A stretch of DNA of 64,000 nt. It comes from Candidatus Nanoarchaeia archaeon. Its GTDB lineage: Archaea > Nanobdellota > Nanobdellia > Woesearchaeales > GW2011-AR9. The notes below the pieces were generated by a model, which ran no database searches, was not told the DNA's origin, and saw nothing but the letters and a program-made list of their open reading frames with translations. The DNA is taken from the NCBI GenBank assembly GCA_035288985.1, contig DATDYP010000011.1:7673-71672 (forward strand), in the 5' to 3' direction. Below, one piece after another: positions 56,339-64,000 of the stretch. Position numbers and translations under genes: made by a program. How positions within the stretch are numbered: position 1 is the first letter of the stretch; each line of letters begins with the position of its first letter.

Positions 56339-56659
56339 ATGACTATTGATAGATCCCCCTTCAACAGATGTGTCAGTTGCGATAATACAATCATTCATCC
56401 TTTGTGCAATATCTGCCTGGCAAAGCGAATGATGGTAACTGTTTCTGAACAGGATCCAGTGCTGGCAAAAAGCATCAGCGGATTTCATATTGATGGAGAA
56501 ACAAAATGCATCTCCTGCGGGGGAAAAACCGGATTATGCGCGCAGTGTTTCAGTAAGGATGTGTATGATTTCCTGGTCGAGAACAATGCTGCTGCTGCAC
56601 GCAGCTTTCTGGGACAGTTTGATTACGAGCTGCGAAAAGCGATTCTGAAATTATCATAA
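56339..56659 (+). CDS. Zinc-finger protein (four CxxC pairs)
   Basis: CVSC, CNIC, CISC and CAQC. Confidence 0.7.
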   Translation: MTIDRSPFNRCVSCDNTIIHPLCNICLAKRMMVTVSEQDPVLAKSISGFHIDGETKCISCGGKTGLCAQCFSKDVYDFLVENNAAAARSFLGQFDYELRKAILKLS

Positions 56660-56694
56660 GCAGCAGGATGCGAACGTAGAGATGAGTGCAATGA

Positions 56695-58269
56695 TTATTG
56701 CGAGCATAACTCAAAGACTTCGTCAACTTTCAAGGTAAAGCCGATGGAGGGAATCTCTGGGTGTGTTTGTACCTGGCTGGCTTGGCCTTTCTTTAACAGA
56801 ATGGCAGTCTCGCTGATTATCTGCCCTGTTTTCTTTTTAATGATATTTACAGGAATGATAGCTGGCTCACCTTTACAATGAGTAGGCATATCCAAAATCT
56901 TCCATTCCAAAGCGCCTGCAGCAGTATAACTTCCCGTCCGTGGTTTTATATCATAGGTCTCGCCATCACTGGTAGATATCTTAAGGGCATAAAAATTACA
57001 CTGCTTGGAACAATCGCCAGTTCCCTGATACACAGAAGCTAAGGAAGTGCACCCTCCACCGATACAATATTCGCCCTTGCTGCATTGTGCATTATCCGTG
57101 CATGCTCCCTCTGCCGCGCCGACCTGGCGGGCTTCAGTGCTATCACAAAGTCCGTTCTGGTTTTCATCCAGGCAGCAGGCATCGCCGTCGGGAGTGACGA
57201 TATGCGGCGGTGTGCAATCAACAGCATAGGTGATCTTCCCAGCCGTACCTTCAGCCTCGCCGCCAACTAACCTCTGGAAGAAAATAGCTTGCCCGGTCGA
57301 GACTCCTCTCAGGATCAATAAGGACCCGCCCAAAAGCAGAAGCACGACCACAGTTATGCCGATGATTTTCTTAGGGTCATAAGCAGGACTAGGCCCAGTT
57401 TTTGGTCTGCCGGTCTTCTGGCTAGGAAGCGAAAGAGAAGGAGCCGAGCCTTTGAACAAATAATAATTCTGTTTTGCCGTTTCTTTGTAAGCCCATTCAA
57501 CCTCGCCATCGGACCAGCCAGCTTTCAGCAGCTCGGCCTTGATTTGCGGGAATTTACTTCCCCTCTTGATATGCTTGGTGATGTAGCTGACCACCTCAGG
57601 GCTGATTTCAGTACGTGCCGCGGGCTTTTTACCTTTTGTAGTGACATAATAGATCACCGCTCCGGCTGCCGCTAAAATCACCAGAATAAAGATAGTGATG
57701 CTCATAAAGCGGGTGAATGCCTGACGTTTCTCCAGAGACTCTTCGACCGTATTCAGGGTTTCCTTAGTTGAATCGATATCCTGCTGCAGCCCAGCTAATC
57801 CGACAGAGAGTGAGGTTTGCTGGTTTTCAACAGAGGATAGCTGCTGCGAGAGATCAGTTTTAAGACTGGCCACGCCTGACTCGATAGATAACAATTCACT
57901 TTTAATGGAAGTTATTTCTTTATTGAGAGTGCCGATATCCTTGCTGGCAGCAGTCAGATCAGCCTGCAGGACAGTCAGTGCTTCTCCCAAGGTTTGCAGA
58001 TCGCTTTCGGCTGTCGAGACATTTGTTACGGCTGCGGAAACATTCTCTGCTACTGGTTCAGCCACTACCTCTTCCTGCTCCAGAAAACAATAGCCACTTT
58101 CAGAATCACAATAAAACTGCTCGCCGTTTTCGCTTAAGATCTGACAATTATAATACGGAAGCTCACCGGTAACTTCGCAGAGGATGCCGGTATTCTGATC
58201 CGCAACGGAAGAAACTGAAAATAGTAAAAGTACTGTAACCACTAGTACATAAAACGTATTCTTTACCAT
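56695..58269 (-). CDS. Membrane protein with extracellular coiled coil and Cys-rich C-terminal region
   Basis: Signal peptide, heptad repeats, two TM segments, cytoplasmic IKAELLKAGW motif, CCLDENQNGLCD. Confidence 0.75.
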   Translation of the reverse strand: MVKNTFYVLVVTVLLLFSVSSVADQNTGILCEVTGELPYYNCQILSENGEQFYCDSESGYCFLEQEEVVAEPVAENVSAAVTNVSTAESDLQTLGEALTVLQADLTAASKDIGTLNKEITSIKSELLSIESGVASLKTDLSQQLSSVENQQTSLSVGLAGLQQDIDSTKETLNTVEESLEKRQAFTRFMSITIFILVILAAAGAVIYYVTTKGKKPAARTEISPEVVSYITKHIKRGSKFPQIKAELLKAGWSDGEVEWAYKETAKQNYYLFKGSAPSLSLPSQKTGRPKTGPSPAYDPKKIIGITVVVLLLLGGSLLILRGVSTGQAIFFQRLVGGEAEGTAGKITYAVDCTPPHIVTPDGDACCLDENQNGLCDSTEARQVGAAEGACTDNAQCSKGEYCIGGGCTSLASVYQGTGDCSKQCNFYALKISTSDGETYDIKPRTGSYTAAGALEWKILDMPTHCKGEPAIIPVNIIKKKTGQIISETAILLKKGQASQVQTHPEIPSIGFTLKVDEVFELCSQ

Positions 58270-58370
58270 GGTCCTCTTTTTCTTGGTAAGAGGAGTGTTT
58301 TTTTATTTATATACCTTTGGTTTTTGAAAGGGAAAAACATTAATATTTACTCTGTAATTATATGATTACA

Positions 58371-58934
58371 ATGCCGTACAACACACCATATCCCCTATTT
58401 GCCAATGGCAGGTATGAGCGTATACCTTTAAAGGAAATCGCCAGGGCCGGGTCAGCCTTGGATGCACGGCTCTGGTCAGCAAGGCTTTCCACCGGGCTGT
58501 TAGGATCGACAAACTGCGATTCCGGTAATCGAGGTCCAAAAGAGTATGGAGAAATACTGTTAGCGCTAGGCGATGAGGGGCTGCGAAAGCTTGTAGAGCT
58601 CGGTTTCATACCCTGCTCATCGTGCAGGCCTGAAACAACAGATACATTTTGGGATATAGTTGCTGCTGAGGTAGCAGAAAAATACCACCTTTATTCTCGA
58701 GAAGATTTTACCAACAAGGACATTCTGCCCTATGATGCACGAAGAGTGCAGTGGGAGGAGATCATTCCCCACATCGGCAAAGCGCCAGGAAGGCTATATG
58801 TGCCACAAGGACTTTCACAAAAAGAGGTGGCTGAGCTTGCTGAACGGTTTGCTGCATTAAGCTTGGATACAGTGCCTTCAATAGGGTTTTATGATAGAGA
58901 AACAGCAGCAAAGTTCACGGCCTACGACATTTAG
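58371..58934 (+). CDS. Hypothetical protein with Ada-like metal-binding motif
   Basis: STGLLGSTNC..G.R...LGFIPCSSCRP resembles the Ada N-terminal pattern (TG..C...C...GFRPCKRCRP) with the first Cys absent. Confidence 0.55.
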   Translation: MPYNTPYPLFANGRYERIPLKEIARAGSALDARLWSARLSTGLLGSTNCDSGNRGPKEYGEILLALGDEGLRKLVELGFIPCSSCRPETTDTFWDIVAAEVAEKYHLYSREDFTNKDILPYDARRVQWEEIIPHIGKAPGRLYVPQGLSQKEVAELAERFAALSLDTVPSIGFYDRETAAKFTAYDI

Positions 58935-58946
58935 TAGGTGGATAGA

Positions 58947-58961
58947 GGTTTCATAAAAACC
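58947..58961. repeat. Solo copy of the right end of the 43835-43979 MITE
   Basis: GGTTTCATAAAAACC is identical to 43965-43979 (15/15). Confidence 0.7.
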
Positions 58962-59006
58962 ATTTGTTCAGCAACATTTATATAACAAAACTGCCAACCA
59001 GCTGCC

Positions 59007-60278
59007 ATGCTGGACATAAAATTATTGCGTGAAAATCCCGATGCCGTAACAGCCTCTGAACAGAAACGGGGCAGGGATGCTTCAACTGTAGATGTTGTTC
59101 TCAAGCTCGATCAAAAATGGAAGAAGGAACTTAAGCTGCTGGAAGAGCTAAAGCACAAGAGAAATGTCGTCTCCCAGGAAATTAACCAAGCCAAAAAGAG
59201 CGGGAAAAATGCCGCAGGTAAAATCAATGAGATGAGAGCAGTCGTTGAGGAGATCAAGAAGAAGGAGGAAAACGTTGCCTTGCTTCTGGAGAGGAGAGAT
59301 ACAACATTACAGCAGATAGGCAATCTTTTGCACCCCAAAGTTCCCAAAGGAAAGGATGATTCTGAGAATGTGGAATTAAAAAAATGGGGGAAGAAACCAA
59401 CACTATCAAAATACAAGAATCATGTTGATTTGCTGGAAGCCTTAGATCTGGTAGATTTTGACAGCTCTGCCAGGACTTCCGGGAATGGTTTTTACGTTAT
59501 CAAGAACGAACTTGGCCTTCTCAATCAGGCGCTGATCCAGTTTGCCATGGATGTCATGCGCAGTAAAGGATATACATATATCGAACCGCCCTTGCTGATA
59601 CGAAAAAATGTTCTCGGCGCAGCTATTGATACCAAGGAGTGGTCGCAGACGATCTACTCTGTTGAAGGTGAGGATCTGGCCTTGATCGGAACCAGCGAGC
59701 ATGCACTTCTGGGCCTGCACACAGAACAGGCCTTGCAGGAAAAACAGCTGCCCAAAAAATACTTCTGTTACAGCATGTGCTTCCGGAAAGAGATCGGCGC
59801 CCACGGCATTAACGAGAAAGGGCTGTGGCGAACCCATCAGTTTAACAAAGTAGAGCAATTCATCTTCTGCAAGCCGGAGCAGTCTGAAAAATTATTCCAT
59901 GAATTACTGCAAAATTCTGAAGAGATACTCCAGGCTTTGCGGCTTCCCTACAGAGTCATTGAAATCTGTTCAGGAGACTTGAGTTTATGGAAGCACAGGA
60001 GTTACGATCTGGAAGTATGGCGGCCGACGACAGAGACCTATGGAGAGGTCATGTCATTAAGCAACTGCACCGACTACCAGGCCAGAAAATTAGGGATGAG
60101 AGTCGTCAATAACGACGGTTCGCGGGAAGTTCTTCATACTTTAAACAACACTGCATTGGCTACATCTAGGATCATGGTGGCAATTATTGAAAATTTCCAG
60201 ACTTCTAAGGGAACAGTCAAACTTCCCAAAGTGCTGTGGCCGTACATGAAAGGGATCACGGAATTGGGGAAGAAATAA
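59007..60278 (+). CDS. serS: Serine--tRNA ligase
   Basis: MLDIKLLRENPD, LIGTSEH, CFRKEIG, RTHQFNKVEQF, SNCTDYQAR and HTLNNT. Confidence 0.97.
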   Translation: MLDIKLLRENPDAVTASEQKRGRDASTVDVVLKLDQKWKKELKLLEELKHKRNVVSQEINQAKKSGKNAAGKINEMRAVVEEIKKKEENVALLLERRDTTLQQIGNLLHPKVPKGKDDSENVELKKWGKKPTLSKYKNHVDLLEALDLVDFDSSARTSGNGFYVIKNELGLLNQALIQFAMDVMRSKGYTYIEPPLLIRKNVLGAAIDTKEWSQTIYSVEGEDLALIGTSEHALLGLHTEQALQEKQLPKKYFCYSMCFRKEIGAHGINEKGLWRTHQFNKVEQFIFCKPEQSEKLFHELLQNSEEILQALRLPYRVIEICSGDLSLWKHRSYDLEVWRPTTETYGEVMSLSNCTDYQARKLGMRVVNNDGSREVLHTLNNTALATSRIMVAIIENFQTSKGTVKLPKVLWPYMKGITELGKK

Positions 60279-60344
60279 TTTAATCCCCAATCATACCCTC
60301 CACACACAAAAACAATATAAATCATGCCCTGTTTCAGGCAAAAT

Positions 60345-61421
60345 ATGTCGTTATTCAAGGATATGCTGCGAAGCGGGGAAACACTGTTCAGGGATACAGT
60401 TGTTCTGGATTACGATTTCCAGCCTAAAATTCTCCAGTACCGGGAAAATGAGCAGATGCGCTTTGCCACAGCCATACGACCGCTGCTGCAGGGTTATAAT
60501 GGGAGAAATCTTTTTGTCTACGGCGCGCCGGGCATAGGAAAAACAGCCGCCTGCAAGCATGTTCTGCGGGAGCTGGAGGAGGAGAAAGAGGAAATTGTTA
60601 CCATCTATGTTAACTGCTGGAAGGAAAATACAACCTTCAAGGTTTTTTACAAGATCTGTGAGGATCTGGGATTTAAATTCCTGCTCAATAAGAAGACCAG
60701 CGATTTATTTGCTATGATACAACAGAAGCTGAACAAGGGCAGCGCAGTCTTTGTCTTTGATGAGATTGACAAATTGGAGGAAACAGACTTCTTATACACG
60801 ATCCTTGAAGACATCTACCGCAAATCGATCATACTGATTACCAATTATCGTGACAGTTATTCCGAACTGGACGAGAGGATCAGAAGCAGGTTAGGCCCAG
60901 AGTTTCTGTATTTCAAATCCTATAGCGAAGCTGAAATCGCCGGCATTCTTCGGCAGAGGATGGAGTACGCCTTCGTAAGTAATTGCTGGGATGAAGATGC
61001 GTTCAAGGAGATCGTGGAAAAATGTACTGAAACCAAGGATGTGCGCATCGGTTTATATCTGATGAGGGAAACGGGCAATATTGCCGAAGAAAAAAATTCA
61101 CGGAAAATAACGATAGCCCATGCAGCCGAAACGATACGGAAAGTGGATGATTTTCATATCAAGCCAAAAGAAGGATTGGATGACGAATTGCAAGTCATCT
61201 TAGATTTAATCAGGGACCAAAGCGGGGAAAAGATCGGGGAGATCTACACTTCCTATCTGAAAATGGGGGGCGAATTGAGTTATAAGAGTTTCCAGCGGAG
61301 AATCCTGAAATTACGGGAAGGAAGATTCATCTCGGCTGAGAAGATTGCAGGGAAAGAGGGTAATACAACCATTCTCAATTATGCAACAAACAAAAAGCTG
61401 ACCGACTTTGACCTTGACTGA
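60345..61421 (+). CDS. cdc6: Cdc6/Orc1 family AAA+ ATPase
   Basis: LDYDFQP....RE, GAPGIGKT, YVNC, FDEIDKL and LDERIRSRL. Confidence 0.9.
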   Translation: MSLFKDMLRSGETLFRDTVVLDYDFQPKILQYRENEQMRFATAIRPLLQGYNGRNLFVYGAPGIGKTAACKHVLRELEEEKEEIVTIYVNCWKENTTFKVFYKICEDLGFKFLLNKKTSDLFAMIQQKLNKGSAVFVFDEIDKLEETDFLYTILEDIYRKSIILITNYRDSYSELDERIRSRLGPEFLYFKSYSEAEIAGILRQRMEYAFVSNCWDEDAFKEIVEKCTETKDVRIGLYLMRETGNIAEEKNSRKITIAHAAETIRKVDDFHIKPKEGLDDELQVILDLIRDQSGEKIGEIYTSYLKMGGELSYKSFQRRILKLREGRFISAEKIAGKEGNTTILNYATNKKLTDFDLD

Positions 61422-61448
61422 TTTTTGATGGCGGAAAAATTGTGAATA

Positions 61449-62006
61449 ATGGAAAATATCAACAAACTACGGAAATTCTACCAGCTCAAAAATGTTGAAA
61501 GAGCTAATACTGTCTCTGGCAGAAGAGAAAGTTCAGCCGAACATAGCTGGAGTTGTTTGATCTTAGCTGATTATTTTCTAAGCAGCATGAAAGAGAGATT
61601 AAACCGGCTAAAAGTGTATGAATTATTGATGTACCATGACGTCGTTGAGATTGAAGCTGGTGATGTCTGCATCAGCAAAGAAAAAGAGCGAAAAGGCAAA
61701 AAAGAACGAGAGAAGCAAGCTGCGCATGTGCTCAAGGAACATATGCCTGCAGTTCTTAAGCATAAATTTATTGACCTTTTTGAAGAGTTTGAAGAAGGAA
61801 AAACAAGAGAAGCAAAATTTGCCAAAGCCATTGATGCTTTGGATGCCGAAATCCATGAACTGGATTATAAGGAAGACTGGAAAGGATGGACAGAAGAATT
61901 TTTACGCGAGAAAAAAGGACCTTTATTTGATGATTTTCCAGAATTAAAAGAAGCATTTGAAAAACTCCTAAAGTACCAGCAAGAGGAAGGGTATTTTAAT
62001 CAATAG
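61449..62006 (+). CDS. HD domain protein (YfbR/HD_3 5'-deoxynucleotidase-like)
   Basis: LKNVER, RESSAEHSW, YHDVVEIEAGD and EAKFAKAID. Confidence 0.88.
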   Translation: MENINKLRKFYQLKNVERANTVSGRRESSAEHSWSCLILADYFLSSMKERLNRLKVYELLMYHDVVEIEAGDVCISKEKERKGKKEREKQAAHVLKEHMPAVLKHKFIDLFEEFEEGKTREAKFAKAIDALDAEIHELDYKEDWKGWTEEFLREKKGPLFDDFPELKEAFEKLLKYQQEEGYFNQ

Positions 62007-62022
62007 ACAGAATCAAGAGATC

Positions 62023-62433
62023 TTATAACAAATAGAAAACTAACAAGGAAACAAAAAAGCCTATCAATGCTCCTACAAGAACTTGCTTGGGAGTATGGCC
62101 AAGCGAATAATGGAATTTTGACTTGAGCTTATGCAGCTTCAATAATTTTTCAATCTCCTTGCCTTCATTGCCGACACTTCTGCGCACGCCAAAAGCATCC
62201 CTGAGAACGATCATAGCCAGGACAAAACTGATCACAAAAGCGGTAGAGATTCGCTCTTGCAGATAGATAATCGTTGCCATCGAAACCACAAAGGCTGAAT
62301 GTGAGGATGGCATCCCGCCGGTAACAACCAGATCATGCCAGCTCAAGGATTTGTGGCGGAAGAAATAGATTATAAGCTTCAGCAGCTGGGCGCCAAATCC
62401 TGCAAAGACGACTGCCAGGACAATCTTGTTCAT
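62023..62433 (-). CDS. Divergent PAP2 family (DUF212) membrane protein
   Basis: AQLLK, TGGMPSSHSA, DAFGVRR and GHTPKQV; start at MNKIV. Confidence 0.9.
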   Translation of the reverse strand: MNKIVLAVVFAGFGAQLLKLIIYFFRHKSLSWHDLVVTGGMPSSHSAFVVSMATIIYLQERISTAFVISFVLAMIVLRDAFGVRRSVGNEGKEIEKLLKLHKLKSKFHYSLGHTPKQVLVGALIGFFVSLLVFYLL

Positions 62434-62483
62434 ACTCCAGAGATGATGTTGAGGTTTATATAGCTTATTCTTTCTCTTTCTTC

Positions 62484-62646
62484 GGCTCTGTCCTGCATCT
62501 CGCCTTGCTCGGGTTAGCGTGGACTCGCTTTTTGTATATGATAAATTAGTGCGGGTCCTCCCCGGATGGGGCGTCCCTCCCCGCAATCGCTTCTGTGTTC
62601 AGAGTAACGCTCGTATCTTCACGCTAACCACATTCAGGACAGAGCT
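62484..62646. mobile_element. 163-bp structured MITE-like element, copy 2
   Basis: GCTCTGTCCTG/CAGGACAGAGC termini, GGTTAGCGTG/CACGCTAACC and TGCGGG/CCCGCA; gapless alignment to 47311-47473; abuts the stop codon of the 62646-63419 gene. Confidence 0.85.
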
Positions 62647-63419
62647 TACTTCTTAAAATCAAACTCGATCATCAACGGCAGATGATCAGAAAAATGAAAC
62701 TTCAAGACTGAATATTTCTTCACCTTTATTTGAGGAGAGGTCAGGATATAATCTAATCTTCTGGTGGGATGCCAGGCCGGTTCTGTAAGAGGAAGAGATT
62801 TTTTATCCAAGCTGATCAAATCCTTCAGATGGGTTTTCTGTAACAAGTCTTTGATTTCTTCTTCCCCATTAAAGGTATTAAAGTCACCCATGAGAATGAC
62901 CGGATTTTTGATTTTATTGACGATGCTGATCAATTCCTTGATCTGTTTTGCACGGGCTTTTTCTCCTAAAGCAAGATGCGCGGCCAGAAGAGTGACCGGT
63001 TTTGGGCATTTCACAGTAGCTTCGATGACCATCCGTTTGGTGCCTTCGTGAAAGACATGGTAGCGGACTTTGCTGAACGGGAATCTGGACACTAAAGCAT
63101 TGGCCTGCTTGTTGAGGATCGGTATGTGATGGAATAATTTTAACCATCCCTTGATTGGATATTTGACTTTTTCGACAAAACTTGTAAGGCCCAACTTCTC
63201 TTCGAGAAAACGGACCTCGTCCTCTCCACGGCTGCGCAGAGAACCGATGTCCACTTCAATCAAAGCCAGGATGTCCGGCTTCAGCTTGTGAAGTGCGGTA
63301 ACCATCCTCCTTTCAAGATTTTTAGGCGGAAAAAATATTTTCCAGAACTGCAGATATTGATACCAGATCCCTTCCATGCCTTCGCAGTACTCGATGTTGT
63401 AGGTGATAAGCTTGACCAT
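62646..63419 (-). CDS. Endonuclease/exonuclease/phosphatase family protein
   Basis: TYNI, PDILALIE, HL, ILMGDFN, LDYIL and SDHLP. Confidence 0.93.
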   Translation of the reverse strand: MVKLITYNIEYCEGMEGIWYQYLQFWKIFFPPKNLERRMVTALHKLKPDILALIEVDIGSLRSRGEDEVRFLEEKLGLTSFVEKVKYPIKGWLKLFHHIPILNKQANALVSRFPFSKVRYHVFHEGTKRMVIEATVKCPKPVTLLAAHLALGEKARAKQIKELISIVNKIKNPVILMGDFNTFNGEEEIKDLLQKTHLKDLISLDKKSLPLTEPAWHPTRRLDYILTSPQIKVKKYSVLKFHFSDHLPLMIEFDFKK

Positions 63420-63518
63420 AACATTAATTAAGTAAAGAAGATATATAATAATTGTTAATTACTGTAGAGAAGTGGTCTTAACATTAAGGGTTGCATAAAA
63501 GAAGACAGCTTCTCCAAT

Positions 63519-64000
63519 TTATCCGTACAGGTCTGTGAAAGAAGGATCATCCGGAGCCAGAGCTATGGCTCTAAAGTCTTCACGCGCCATAAGATGGCCA
63601 TTTTTAAAATGAGTACTTGCATGGTACCGTATTTTATTTTCTTCATCAAGCGCCAGGAAGCAACCAAAGCCTTTTACTTCATATCCTAATTCCTGTGCTT
63701 TTGCACGATGAGCATTTTCATGAGCAATTGTCCTTCTGATGAGGTCTTGATCAAAACAGCCAGCTGCTCCCAGAAACCGCTCTAATTCTTCTAATGTTTT
63801 AAAGAAATAGAAATCATCAAGATTCAATTCAGCTTTATATTGTTCGTAGAGGGCATCCACTCTCGCTTTCAGATGCAACTCGACTGAATCTGGGTCTATG
63901 CCTGCTTCTTTGCGCGCAAGTGCAAGATTAAGTTCCCCTTTCACGGCTTTTTTATACTCAAAAAGATCTTCTAATCTTGTTGTTGGTTGTTTGAAATCTC
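63519..64000 (-). CDS. Hypothetical protein with HExxH motif, 5' end probably beyond the right edge
   Basis: The frame is open to the edge (DFKQPTTRLEDLFEYKKAVKGEL...); IAHENAH and IALAPDDPSFTD. Confidence 0.6.
   Translation of the reverse strand, partial: DFKQPTTRLEDLFEYKKAVKGELNLALARKEAGIDPDSVELHLKARVDALYEQYKAELNLDDFYFFKTLEELERFLGAAGCFDQDLIRRTIAHENAHRAKAQELGYEVKGFGCFLALDEENKIRYHASTHFKNGHLMAREDFRAIALAPDDPSFTDLYG

Noticed and set aside
60279..60344. Replication origin next to cdc6
   Set aside because: Both flanking intergenic gaps are under 70 bp and I saw no repeated ORB-like motifs.
62434..62586. N-terminal extension of the DUF212 ORF
   Set aside because: It is translated from the 163-bp element; the family motifs begin after MNKIV, which has its own TATA-like box.

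Overview
This 64-kb window is gene-dense and archaeal, most consistent with a DPANN lineage such as Woesearchaeota. The basis is TFB, Cdc6/Orc1, SRP54, GatD, AglB, Taw3, AMP phosphorylase, a DUF5752-like domain and intron-containing tRNAs; the taxonomy is inferred, not searched. Most of it is housekeeping and salvage genes with scattered AT-rich, probably acquired genes. Features missing from the ORF track: (1) a >1000-codon, signal-peptide-bearing SpvB/FG-GAP/YD(RHS) toxin-like gene running off the left edge, behind two co-oriented secreted-protein genes; (2) three tRNA genes carrying six bulge-helix-bulge-type introns, including a tRNA-Arg(UCG) with three; (3) a set of 140-170 bp structured palindromic elements: two diverged but gapless-aligning 163-bp copies with a compensatory stem change, a 145-bp MITE with a perfect 9-bp target duplication, solo ends of both families, and a 159-bp double-hairpin cassette inserted in frame into taw3; (4) an orphan ~97-nt small-RNA candidate with TATA box, GNRA hairpin, C-rich loop and U8 tail; (5) a candidate uS15 leader. 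argS is followed directly by a stand-alone B3/4 editing-domain gene, and there is an MTAP-APRT fusion. All calls come from reading the sequence and recalled family motifs; no database searches were run.
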